A stretch of DNA of 64,000 nt. Origin: Hyphomicrobiales bacterium (GTDB lineage: Bacteria; Pseudomonadota; Alphaproteobacteria; Rhodospirillales; JACKKN01). The translations under genes and the position numbers were made by a program. The notes below the pieces were generated by a model. That model saw nothing but the letters and a program-made list of their open reading frames with translations, had not been told where the DNA came from and did no database searches. The stretch spans positions 1-64,000 of the forward strand of contig JACKKN010000008.1 of NCBI GenBank assembly GCA_024236415.1, in the 5' to 3' direction. This document shows, in pieces, positions 27,403 to 36,242 of the stretch (position 1 is its first letter; each line of letters begins with the position of its first letter).

Positions 27403-27795
27403 ATGGCGGCAAGCGAGGAAAGCCTGGTTTTCGCGAAGATCGTGCGCTACGTGGCGCAGCAGATCGAGGACGTGGCCGCCGCCGACGACCCCGGGGCGGC
27501 CGGCGGCTACGCCGCCGTGCTGGCGGAGCTGGCCGACGCCTTCGAGTACACCGGCGGGTTCAAGTACAGCTACGAGCAGTCGCGCCACCTGGTCGAGGTG
27601 TTCGCCCTGCTGGAAGGGGCCATGCACAACCTGGCGCACCAGGCGACGCGGCTGGAGCAGCACAACGCCGCCGCCAAGATGCAGTGGGCCGCCGGCCAGG
27701 CCGGCGAGATGCGGTCCGAGGTGCAGCGCCGCCACGATGATGGCGAGGGCGGCGTGGTGGCCTTCGTCGGCGAGGACGACGGCGCCCCGAACTGA
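27403..27795 (+). CDS. Hypothetical protein (131 aa)
   Basis: In-frame ATG inside a longer ORF. The reading frame shows a real-protein composition, unlike the R/G/P-rich junk of wrong-frame ORFs in this genome. No recognisable domain. Confidence 0.4.
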   Translation: MAASEESLVFAKIVRYVAQQIEDVAAADDPGAAGGYAAVLAELADAFEYTGGFKYSYEQSRHLVEVFALLEGAMHNLAHQATRLEQHNAAAKMQWAAGQAGEMRSEVQRRHDDGEGGVVAFVGEDDGAPN

Positions 27796-27796
27796 C

Positions 27797-28171
27797 CTAC
27801 CTTTTTTGTGCCACCCGCAGGCGGGCCAGCAGGTCCTCCATCTCGCGCTTCTCGAACCGCAGGCTGTCGCGCAGGTGCCGGTCGGTCGGTTTTGCCCGCA
27901 GTTCGCGGTCCAGGCGCCGGATCACCCCCTCCACGGCGGTGGCCACCTCGGCCACCTGGGCCGGGGCGCAGTCCACGGTGACCTGGCGGTCCATCATCAG
28001 CTCGGCATAGGCGTCCGGGTCCGACCCGGCCAGGGCGGCCAGGCGGCGGTCCAGCTCGGACCAGACCTCGGCCCAGGCGGCGTAGACCGACCCCTTGGGC
28101 CGCCGGCCCGCCTCCAGGGCGTCCATGACGCGGACGAACTGCCAGACGTCGAATTCCAGGGTTACCGCCAC
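27797..28171 (-). CDS. Hypothetical protein (~125 aa), likely translationally coupled to the upstream MFS gene
   Basis: GTG start at 28169-28171, immediately next to the MFS stop (28173-28175). The alternative ATG at 28234 would overlap the MFS gene. Confidence 0.4.
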   Translation of the reverse strand: MAVTLEFDVWQFVRVMDALEAGRRPKGSVYAAWAEVWSELDRRLAALAGSDPDAYAELMMDRQVTVDCAPAQVAEVATAVEGVIRRLDRELRAKPTDRHLRDSLRFEKREMEDLLARLRVAQKR

Positions 28172-28172
28172 C

Positions 28173-29342
28173 TCAGTCTCCTTTCGCGTCGCCGTGGCGC
28201 CACAGCAATACACCGGCCAGGACGCCGCCGCCAAGGCACAGGACGGCCATGGCCAGGTAGGCCAGGCGCCCGTGGGCGTCGTAGATCAGCCCCGACACCC
28301 GCAGCGACAGCCCCATGACCAGGCCGGCCACCACGGCGGCGTAGACCGCCTGCACCGTGGCCGACAGGGCCGGCGGCGCGGTGCGGGCGATGAAATAGAT
28401 GGCCCCCAGGTGGGCGGCGGCGAAGGTCAGGGCGTGCAGGGCCTGGACCACGAACAGCACCGGCAGCGACACCGTGGCCGCGGTGATTGACCAGCGAACC
28501 GCGCCGCCCAGGCCGGCGGCCACCAGCAGGGCCACGGGCCCGGTGCGCGCCACCAGGGCGCCGCCCACGGCGAACAGGGCGATCTCGGCGATCACCCCCT
28601 CGGCCCACAGCCAGCCGATGGTGGCCTCGGACAGGCCCGCGGCGCGCCAGTCCAGGGTCGAGAAGCCGTAGTACACGCCGTGGCCGCCCTGGATGCAGGC
28701 GCAGGCGCCCAGGAACAGCAGGAAGCGCCCGTCGCGCAGCAGCACCAGCGGCGCCGGCCGCGGGCCGGGCGACGGGTCAGGGCGCAGGTCGGGCAACAGC
28801 CAGGAGGCCGCCGCGGCCAGGCCGAAGGCCGACAGGCTCATCCAGTAGATGGCGTCGGCGCCGGCCTGGGCCAGGGCCCAGCCGCCGCCCACCGAGCCGG
28901 CGATGAAGGTCAGCGACCCCCACAGGCGCACCCGGGCGTAGTCGACCCCGTGGCGCCGCACCGCCAGCATGCTCAGGGTCTCGGCCAGGGGCATGACCGG
29001 CGGCGAGACCGCCTGCACCAGCAGGGTCACCGCCAGGATGGTCCAGAACCCGTGGGCGCCCAGGTACAGCGAGAACCCGGCAAAGGCCGCCGTCGACAGC
29101 ACGATCATGGGCCGCCGCCGCTCGCCCAGGCGGTCGGCGACCATGGCCGCCAGGGGGTTGGTGACGACCTTCAGGCCGACCCCCAGGCCCAGCACCAGGC
29201 CGATCTCGCCGGCGTCCAGGCCGCGGCCCGCCATCCACACCGGCCAGAACGGCAGGGTGATGCCGATGGGCAGGAAATAGGCGCCGTAGAAGGCCGACAG
29301 GCGCGTCGCCGGCAGTCGCGGTGCGGCGGCGGGGTCGGGCAT
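28173..29342 (-). CDS. MFS transporter
   Basis: 12 TM helices. Start ATG at 29340-29342 (MPDPAAAPRLPATRLSAFYGAYF...). Confidence 0.75.
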   Translation of the reverse strand: MPDPAAAPRLPATRLSAFYGAYFLPIGITLPFWPVWMAGRGLDAGEIGLVLGLGVGLKVVTNPLAAMVADRLGERRRPMIVLSTAAFAGFSLYLGAHGFWTILAVTLLVQAVSPPVMPLAETLSMLAVRRHGVDYARVRLWGSLTFIAGSVGGGWALAQAGADAIYWMSLSAFGLAAAASWLLPDLRPDPSPGPRPAPLVLLRDGRFLLFLGACACIQGGHGVYYGFSTLDWRAAGLSEATIGWLWAEGVIAEIALFAVGGALVARTGPVALLVAAGLGGAVRWSITAATVSLPVLFVVQALHALTFAAAHLGAIYFIARTAPPALSATVQAVYAAVVAGLVMGLSLRVSGLIYDAHGRLAYLAMAVLCLGGGVLAGVLLWRHGDAKGD

Positions 29343-29446
29343 GGGGGGCGCGCTCCTTGCGGCATGTGGGGGCGGTAAACCTATGGTATTGTCGCGGCGC
29401 CGGCCACGGGATTCTGCCCGGCCGGCGCAGGTCAGGGGGATCCCGC

Positions 29447-30292
29447 ATGGCACGCATCATCGTGGTCGGTTCCGTGGCCCTGGACCAGGTGGTGTGCCTG
29501 GACGGGCCCCTGGTCCCCGGCACCCACATGGAGGCCCGGGACAGCGGCGCGCGCCTGGGCGGCGGCGGCGCCAACACGGCCCTGCCGCTGGCCGCCGCCG
29601 GCCATGCCGTGACCCTGTGCAGCGGGGTCGGGACCGACGGCGACAGCGACCGCCTGCTGGCCGACCTGACCGCCGCCGGCATCGACACGGCGCTGGTGAC
29701 GCGCCAGGCCGGCGGGCCCACCCGGTCCCTGGTCATGGTCGACCCGGGCGGCGAGCGGTCCATCGTCAACCTGCGCCGGGTGCAGGGCGCCGAGCCCTTC
29801 GCCGGCCTGGCCCGCCAACCGGCCGACTGGATCTACGTGCGCAGCCGCGCCGACGGCCTGGCGCCGGTGCTGGCGGCGCGCGCCGCCGACACCCGCGTTG
29901 TCGCCCACGTGCCGCCCTGCGGCCCGGGCCTGCGCCCGGCCCATGTCCTGGTCGGTTCGGCCGCCGACCTGGACCCGGCGTTCCTGGCCGACCCCTTCGC
30001 CGCCGGCCGCGCCGTGGCCGGCCCGGCGCTGGAATGGGTGGTGGTCACCCGCGGCGCGGTGGGGGCCGAGGCGCACGGGCCCGACGGCATCCTGCGCCAG
30101 CCCGCCGTGCCGGCCCGGGCGGTGGACTCGACCGGCGCCGGCGACGCCTTCGCCGCCGGCCTGGTGCACGCCCTGGCCACGGGGTCGGACATGGCCGGCG
30201 CCCTGGCCACCGGCGCGGCCTTCGGCGCCGCGGCGGTCGAGCAGGCGGCCTCGGCCCTGCCGGCGGCGGCGGTGCGCGGCCTGGTCGCCTAG
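29447..30292 (+). CDS. PfkB-family carbohydrate kinase (ribokinase-like)
   Basis: N-terminal IIVVGSVALDQVV and C-terminal anion-hole motif DSTGAGDAFAAG. Confidence 0.7.
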   Translation: MARIIVVGSVALDQVVCLDGPLVPGTHMEARDSGARLGGGGANTALPLAAAGHAVTLCSGVGTDGDSDRLLADLTAAGIDTALVTRQAGGPTRSLVMVDPGGERSIVNLRRVQGAEPFAGLARQPADWIYVRSRADGLAPVLAARAADTRVVAHVPPCGPGLRPAHVLVGSAADLDPAFLADPFAAGRAVAGPALEWVVVTRGAVGAEAHGPDGILRQPAVPARAVDSTGAGDAFAAGLVHALATGSDMAGALATGAAFGAAAVEQAASALPAAAVRGLVA

Positions 30293-31068
30293 GCCAGGGC
30301 GGCGGCGAAGTCGCGCAGGTAGCCGAGGCCCAGGATGGCGCGGCTGCCGTACCAGGACACCATCTCGCCGTCGATCAGGCGGCCGCGGGCGCCGGCGAAG
30401 GCGGCGGCGTGGCGCTCCTTGAAGGGAAACGGCTCGGTGGCGAACAGGACCAGGTCCCGGTCGGCGAATTCGGGCCCCTCCAGGTCCACGGGCGGATAGC
30501 GGCCGCCGCCGGGCCAGTCGCCGGTGTCGATGCCGACCAGGGCCAGCATGCGCGAGATGTAGGTGTCCCGCGACACGGTCATCCACGGGTCCTTCCAGAT
30601 CAGGTAGGCGGCGCGGCGCCGCGGCCAGTCCCGGCCCTCGACCCCGGCCAGGGCGGCCTCCAGCCGCCGGCACAGGTCTTCGGCCGCGTCGGCCCGGCCG
30701 AACAGGCCGCCCAGCAGGCGGTACAGGTCCAGGTTGTCGCGCACCTCGATGGGGTGGGTGACGACCACCTCCAGGCCCTCGGCGGCCAGTTCCTCGGCCA
30801 GCGCGCGCGGCGTCTCGTCCACGTTGACGATCACGTGGCTGGCGCCCAGGGGGCGCAGCTTTTCCCGGTTCACGGTCTTGGTGCCGCCGACGCTGGTGAC
30901 CTGCCTGACCCGGTCGCGGGGGTGGACGCAGAAGGCCGTGCGCCCGACCACCGCGTCGCCCAGGCCCAGGTCGAACAGCAGCTCGGTGATGCTGGGTACC
31001 AGGGAGACGATGCGGAAGCCCGGCGCCGCCGGGGCATGGGCGCGGCCGGCGGCGTCGGCCAGGGTCAC
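30289..31068 (-). CDS. Periplasmic-binding-protein fold (BtuF / helical-backbone metal-receptor-like) protein without a signal peptide
   Basis: IVSLVPSITELLFDLG...VVGRT is the typical start of cobalamin/Fe-siderophore class III SBPs. GTG start overlaps the stop of the upstream gene (GTGA). No N-terminal secretion signal. Confidence 0.6.
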   Translation of the reverse strand: MTLADAAGRAHAPAAPGFRIVSLVPSITELLFDLGLGDAVVGRTAFCVHPRDRVRQVTSVGGTKTVNREKLRPLGASHVIVNVDETPRALAEELAAEGLEVVVTHPIEVRDNLDLYRLLGGLFGRADAAEDLCRRLEAALAGVEGRDWPRRRAAYLIWKDPWMTVSRDTYISRMLALVGIDTGDWPGGGRYPPVDLEGPEFADRDLVLFATEPFPFKERHAAAFAGARGRLIDGEMVSWYGSRAILGLGYLRDFAAALA

Positions 31069-31847
31069 CGGTTGTCGCCGTCCACGAACTTGCCGACCTG
31101 GCCCAGCAGCGAGCCCTCGCCCTTGTCGGCCAGGTGGGCCTGCAGCATGCGCCCGGCCAGGCGCGAGAACGGCAGGCTCTGCATCCACACCTTGCCGGGG
31201 CCGGTCAGCTTGGCGAAGAACACGCCCTCGCCGCCGAACATCATGGACTTGATGCCGCCGGCGCGGGTGATGTCGTAGTCCACCGATTCCGTCATGGCGG
31301 CCAGGCAGCCGGTGTCCACGTGCAGGGTTTCGCCGGGGCCCAGCTCGCGCTCGACCACCGTGCCGCCCATGTGCACGAACACCCAGCCGTCACCCTCCAG
31401 CTTCTGCATGATGAAGCCCTCGCCGCCGAACAGGCCGGTCAGGATCTTCTTCTGGAAGGCGATGCCGACCGAGACCCCCTTGGCCGCGGCCAGGAAGCTG
31501 TCCTTCTGGCAGATCAGGGTGCCGCCCACGGTCGAGAGGTCGACGGCCATGACGTTGCCGGGGTAGGGCGCGCCGAAGGCCACCCGGGCCTTGCCCGAGC
31601 CCTGGTGGGTGAAGGCGGTCATGAACAGGCTCTCGCCGGTCAGGATGCGCTTGCCGGCGCCCCACAGCTTGCCCAGGATGCCTTCCTCCGAGCCGTCGCC
31701 CAGCAGGGTCGCCATCTCCACGTCGGCGTCCTTGAACATCATGGCGCCGGCCTCGGCCACGGCGCTCTCCCCGGGGTCCAGCTCGATCTCCACGAACTGC
31801 ATCTCCGAGCCGTGGATGGCGTAGTCGATCTCGTGGGCGTTGGCCAT
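31065..31847 (-). CDS. TIGR00266 / AIM24 (DUF124) family protein
   Basis: ATG at 31845-31847 (MANAHEIDYAI...). Family-typical beta-rich sequence (VEIELDPGESAVAEAGAMMF). Confidence 0.65.
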   Translation of the reverse strand: MANAHEIDYAIHGSEMQFVEIELDPGESAVAEAGAMMFKDADVEMATLLGDGSEEGILGKLWGAGKRILTGESLFMTAFTHQGSGKARVAFGAPYPGNVMAVDLSTVGGTLICQKDSFLAAAKGVSVGIAFQKKILTGLFGGEGFIMQKLEGDGWVFVHMGGTVVERELGPGETLHVDTGCLAAMTESVDYDITRAGGIKSMMFGGEGVFFAKLTGPGKVWMQSLPFSRLAGRMLQAHLADKGEGSLLGQVGKFVDGDNR

Positions 31848-31953
31848 GGCGGCGTTCTCCTGCTGGTGGTCGGTGGGTGGCCAGATGCTTAGCAGAAACG
31901 GGCCGGCGGCGGGAGTCCCGGTTGGCGACGGTTTCGTGATAGGCTGGGCCGCC

Positions 31954-32325
31954 ATGACCCTGCTCGCGCGCCTCGCCCTGGTGGCCCTGTCGCTGGCGTC
32001 CGCCCCGGCCGCGGCCGCCGACCCGGCCCTGGACTGGGCCCGGGCCTTCTATGGCGGCGGGCCGTTCTGCGGCACCGCCCGGGTCACCGCCGTCGGCCGC
32101 GACGGCGACGACATCGCCGTGACCCTGGAGATCGACCCGCGCTGGTCCGAATCCCTGGCCGGCCTGGCCCCGGCCCGGCGCGGCCGCTGGTTCGCCCTGC
32201 ACTGCCCCTACGTCACCGACGCCATCTGGGCGATGCCCGGCGCCGGCGACGTGGTGGTCACGGGACGGGCGGAATTCCTGGGCCCGTTCCGCTTCGCCTG
32301 CCGCCGTCACGTGTTCGCCCCATAG
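31954..32325 (+). CDS. Hypothetical secreted protein (123 aa)
   Basis: Signal peptide MTLLARLALVALSLASAPAAAADP. Two Cys pairs. Confidence 0.45.
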   Translation: MTLLARLALVALSLASAPAAAADPALDWARAFYGGGPFCGTARVTAVGRDGDDIAVTLEIDPRWSESLAGLAPARRGRWFALHCPYVTDAIWAMPGAGDVVVTGRAEFLGPFRFACRRHVFAP

Positions 32326-32349
32326 CGCCCCAGCAAGGAGGCCCCGGCC

Positions 32350-32823
32350 ATGAAACTGGAAGGTTCCTGTCACTGCGGTCGGGTCAGGTTCACCCTTGAA
32401 TCGGCCCATCCGTACCCCTTCAACCTGTGCTACTGCTCGATCTGCCGCAAGACGGCGGGCGGCGGCGGCTTCGCCATCAACCTGGGCGGCGACGCCGCCA
32501 CCCTGGCGGTGACCGGCGAAGAGCACGTCACCCTGTACCGGGCGACCCTGGAGGACGGCCGCGAGAGCCCGGCCGAGCGGCGCTTCTGCCGTCATTGCGG
32601 CAGCGCCCTGTGGGTCTGGGACCCGCGCTGGCCCGAGCTGATCCACCCCTTCGCCTCGGCCATGGACTCGCCCCTGCCGGCGGCGCCCGAGCGCACCCAC
32701 CTGATGCTCGGTTCCAAGGCCCCCTGGGTGCCCGTCGACCCCGGGCCGCGGGACAAGTGCTTCGACGCGTACCCCGAGGAATCCATCGCCGACTGGCACC
32801 GGCGCCTGGGGGTGGCATGCTGA
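32350..32823 (+). CDS. GFA (glutathione-dependent formaldehyde-activating / CENP-V) family protein
   Basis: Zinc-binding Cys motifs CHCGRV, CYCSICRK, CRHCGS. Confidence 0.8.
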   Translation: MKLEGSCHCGRVRFTLESAHPYPFNLCYCSICRKTAGGGGFAINLGGDAATLAVTGEEHVTLYRATLEDGRESPAERRFCRHCGSALWVWDPRWPELIHPFASAMDSPLPAAPERTHLMLGSKAPWVPVDPGPRDKCFDAYPEESIADWHRRLGVAC

Positions 32824-33416
32824 GGCGCCTGGGCGCGGTCCTGCTGCTGCTGGCCCTGGCCGGCGGCTGCGTGCCGGAATCCGAGAACCCCCTGTCCGAC
32901 CCGGCCGCGGCCAAGGCCGACCCGCGCCTGTCCGGCCACTGGATCGGCCGCCTGGGGGATGCCGACACCGACAGCCACCTGCATTTCGTGCCCCGCCCGG
33001 GCGGCATGACCGAGGTGCTGCTGGTCGCCGAGGCGCCGGCCGACAACGCCACCGATGGCGGCTGGGCCGCCTACCGCTTCTTCCCCAGCCATCTGGGCGG
33101 GCGCGACTACATGAACCTGCGCCTGCTGACCATGGACGGCAAGCCGCCCGGACCCGACGGCGACAACTACCTCTTGTGCCGCTATGCCATCGACGGCCAG
33201 GGCCGCCTGACCGTCTGGCGCCTGGCCCAGCAGCCGGCCCTGGCGGCGGTCGAGGCCGGCGCCGTGGCCGGCCGAGTCGAAAAAGGCCGCTACGTCGCCG
33301 ACGTGGTGCTGACCGCCGCCACCCCGGACCTGGCCGCCTTCGTCGCCGGGGCCGACGCCGAGGCCCTGTTCGCCACCCTGGTCGGCACCTTCGCCCCTGC
33401 CGCCGGTGGCCGTTGA
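32817..33416 (+). CDS. Hypothetical lipoprotein
   Basis: Lipobox LALAGGC after an N-terminal signal. ATG at 32817 overlaps the end of the GFA gene. Confidence 0.5.
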   Translation: MLRRLGAVLLLLALAGGCVPESENPLSDPAAAKADPRLSGHWIGRLGDADTDSHLHFVPRPGGMTEVLLVAEAPADNATDGGWAAYRFFPSHLGGRDYMNLRLLTMDGKPPGPDGDNYLLCRYAIDGQGRLTVWRLAQQPALAAVEAGAVAGRVEKGRYVADVVLTAATPDLAAFVAGADAEALFATLVGTFAPAAGGR

Positions 33417-33494
33417 CTTGGGCCGCGGCGACCCCAGATAGGAGAGACCGGGGCCCGCCGCCCGCGGTCCCGCGCAACGAGGAGGAAACGAAAC

Positions 33495-33920
33495 ATGCGC
33501 ACCCTGGTTCTCGCGGCCCTGCTGGCCGCCGCCACCCTGCCGGCCACCGCCCCCGCCCGGGCCGGGGAGACCCCGGCGCCCGAGGGCGCCCGCCTGTACA
33601 TCATCGCCCCCGCCGACGGCGCCGTGGTGACCAACCCCGTCACCGTTCAGTTCGGCCTGTCGGGCATGGGGGTGGCCCCGGCCGGGGTCGAGAAGGCGGG
33701 CACCGGCCACCACCACCTGCTGATCGACGCCGCCGTGCCCGACCTGGACGCCCCGGTGCCCAGCGACGACAACCACCGCCACTTCGGCGGCGGCCAGACC
33801 GAGGTCACCCTGCGCCTGACTCCGGGTCAGCACACCCTGCAGCTGCTGCTGGGGGACCAGAACCACATTCCCCACAAGCCGCCGGTGATGTCGCGCAGGA
33901 TCACCGTGACCGTGAAGTAG
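33495..33920 (+). CDS. DUF4399 domain secreted protein
   Basis: Signal peptide; conserved GTGHHHLLID motif. Confidence 0.6.
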   Translation: MRTLVLAALLAAATLPATAPARAGETPAPEGARLYIIAPADGAVVTNPVTVQFGLSGMGVAPAGVEKAGTGHHHLLIDAAVPDLDAPVPSDDNHRHFGGGQTEVTLRLTPGQHTLQLLLGDQNHIPHKPPVMSRRITVTVK

Positions 33921-33928
33921 GTCGCCGC

Positions 33929-35044
33929 CTAGAAGCGCATGGAGAGGCTGAGCCCGCCGAACTGGTCGGGGCGGTCCTGGCCGTAGAATTCCTCGGTGCG
34001 GATGACGTGGGTGTAGGCCACGCGCACGGGGCCGTAGGTGATCGCCAGGCCGAGCTGGAAGTCGGCGACGATGGGCCGCTTGTCGACGCTGGGGCTGTCG
34101 CGGAAGGTGTTGCCGTCCAGGAAGATGTTGCGGGCCACGGCGCGCACCTCGATGCCGCTGAACAGGTACCAGCCCAGCTTGCTGTAGGGCGAGGCCTGGA
34201 AGTAGTCGTTGCCCGGCAGGCTGGGCCGGATGCGCGGCGGGCCGTAGTCGTTGGGCAGGTCGTCGCCCAGGCGGAAGGTGGCGCCCGCCGACAGGTAGGT
34301 GAACACGTTGCCCAGCGCCCCGCCCACGTGGGGCGACACGTCGACCCCCAGGTTGTCCAGCAGGCCCAGGTGGCTGATCACCGGCAGGTCCCTGACCAGC
34401 GGCAGCTCGGGGATGTCCAGCGCCAGGCCCTTGCGCCACTTGCGCTCGTAGTACAGCACCACCCCCGGCTCGTTGTGGATCTGGTGGTCCCAGCCGCGCG
34501 GGGTGGTGAAGCCGAAGGTGCGGTGCCAGCGGGTCTGGGTCTCGTCGGCCAGGGACGCCGGGCCGACCACGCCGATGTCCATGGCCAGGTTGTCCAGCCG
34601 GTTGCCGTTCTCGCTGACCAGGCCCACCGTGGCGTACAGCCAGCCGGCATAGGGCCGGTCCGCCGGGTCGGGCACCGGGCGCGTGATGTCGCGCGGGGTG
34701 AAGATGTTCTGGCCCAGGGCATAGCTGACCCGGCGGGTGCCGCTGGGGTCGAACACGGGCACATAGCTGGCCAGCTTCTCGACCCAGTCCTGGCCCCAAC
34801 CTTTTTCCCGGGGGGGCGACAGCCAGGCGAACCGGGTGCCGTGGGTGAAATGCTGGTCCGAGCCGCTGAACAGGTCGTTCTCGAACTGCACCGTGAACAC
34901 CCCGCGCTTGTCCTCCTTGGGCGCCGCCTCCTGGGCGGCGGCGGGGGCCGGCGACAGCAGGGCCGCCGCGGCCAGGGCCCAGACGGCCAGGGCGCAGACG
35001 GGAAGGGACGGGGTGCCGGCGAGGGGAAAGGGGGGGGTGTGCAC
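33929..35044 (-). CDS. lpxR: Lipid A 3-O-deacylase LpxR family outer-membrane protein
   Basis: Signal peptide. LpxR family motifs (FENDLF...DQHFTHG). Confidence 0.7.
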   Translation of the reverse strand: MHTPPFPLAGTPSLPVCALAVWALAAAALLSPAPAAAQEAAPKEDKRGVFTVQFENDLFSGSDQHFTHGTRFAWLSPPREKGWGQDWVEKLASYVPVFDPSGTRRVSYALGQNIFTPRDITRPVPDPADRPYAGWLYATVGLVSENGNRLDNLAMDIGVVGPASLADETQTRWHRTFGFTTPRGWDHQIHNEPGVVLYYERKWRKGLALDIPELPLVRDLPVISHLGLLDNLGVDVSPHVGGALGNVFTYLSAGATFRLGDDLPNDYGPPRIRPSLPGNDYFQASPYSKLGWYLFSGIEVRAVARNIFLDGNTFRDSPSVDKRPIVADFQLGLAITYGPVRVAYTHVIRTEEFYGQDRPDQFGGLSLSMRF

Positions 35045-35467
35045 CGACGGGCGCGCTCCAAAATGATTCCTTGTCGTTGGTCCGCTTATACCAGCCTAGG
35101 CGGCCTTTAGGGCGGAAATGTGGACGGCGGGCGGCCGCGGGCGCGGGCCGGCGCGGAAATGACGACGGCCAATGCCGGCCGGGGCCGCCGCGGCCCCGGC
35201 GGGGCGCGGCCCGGGGCGGGCGGGGGCCGGATGTCGTCATGCCAACCCCTTGAAGAACAAGGAAATCGGGGGCTTCAGCCGGAAAAAAGTCGTCGTTTGT
35301 CGTCATCCCTGCGTTCCCCTGTCCGGCCGCAACCCCGCGCCGGCGGGGTTGGCCATGGAAATCATGATAGGAATATGGTCAGCAAGAATGGGAAAATCAA
35401 GACGTTCCGCCGGGGGTTCCTTCAAGGTTTTTCCCGCCGACGGGTTCGGCTAAACTCCGGCCGACTC

Positions 35468-36133
35468 ATGTGGCAGAAGAGGGCGTGCGGGGCCATGGAT
35501 CCCATCGAGAAACTGACGGCCGGATACCGGGGATTCCGCGCCGGCCGCTTCAACGAACAGCGGCAGACCTACGAGGAGCTGGTGGACCACGGGCAGCGGC
35601 CCAAGGTGGCCCTGATCGCCTGCTCGGACTCGCGGGTCGACCCGGCCACCGTGCTGCAGGCCGATCCGGGCGACCTGTTCATGGTGCGCAACGTGGCCAA
35701 CCTGGTGCCGCCCTACGAGCGCGAGGGCCACTACCACGGCACCAGCGCGGCCCTGGAATTCGCCGTCCAGCACCTGGAGGTGGACCACGTGGTGGTCCTG
35801 GGCCACGCCCACTGCGGCGGCATCAAGTCCCTGTTCGAGGAGCGCGAGCGGGGCGGCGACGGCAACTTCTTCGTGCCGCCGTGGATGAGCCTGGTGAAGT
35901 CCGCCTACCTGCGGGTCCAGGGCACCATGCCCGACGCCGACGAGGAGGTGAAGGCCCGGGTCTGCGAGCAGAGCGCGGTGCTGGTGTCGCTGGAGAACCT
36001 GATGACCTTCCCCTGCATCCGCGAGCGGGTGGGCGCCGGGCGCCTGCGCCTGCACGGCTGGTACATCGACATCCGCGCCTGCACCCTGCACGTCTACGAC
36101 CCCGAGCGCCAGAGCTTCGAGGTCGTGACCTGA
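35468..36133 (+). CDS. Beta-class carbonic anhydrase
   Basis: Zinc ligands CSDSRV and HAHCGG. ATG at 35468; an alternative ATG lies at 35495. Confidence 0.9.
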   Translation: MWQKRACGAMDPIEKLTAGYRGFRAGRFNEQRQTYEELVDHGQRPKVALIACSDSRVDPATVLQADPGDLFMVRNVANLVPPYEREGHYHGTSAALEFAVQHLEVDHVVVLGHAHCGGIKSLFEERERGGDGNFFVPPWMSLVKSAYLRVQGTMPDADEEVKARVCEQSAVLVSLENLMTFPCIRERVGAGRLRLHGWYIDIRACTLHVYDPERQSFEVVT

Positions 36134-36242
36134 TCCCGGCCGCCGCCGCGGCGGCGGCCCGGGCCGCGCGCCCCAATGGACATTCCGCGCCCCCCTGGTT
36201 ACCCTTGGGGGCACCGAATTCTCGCCATGGGGAGGCCGGAAC

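Noticed and set aside
31390-35306. 695-aa and 904-aa minus-strand ORFs
   Set aside because: Antisense to several well-supported + strand genes (GFA, lipoprotein, DUF4399) and out of frame with LpxR. Low-complexity R/G/P composition.
35045-35467. Possible small RNA or riboswitch upstream of the carbonic anhydrase gene
   Set aside because: The 420-nt spacer contains a few hairpins, but no recognisable riboswitch consensus could be matched by eye. It is mostly occupied by short out-of-frame ORFs and is left uncalled.
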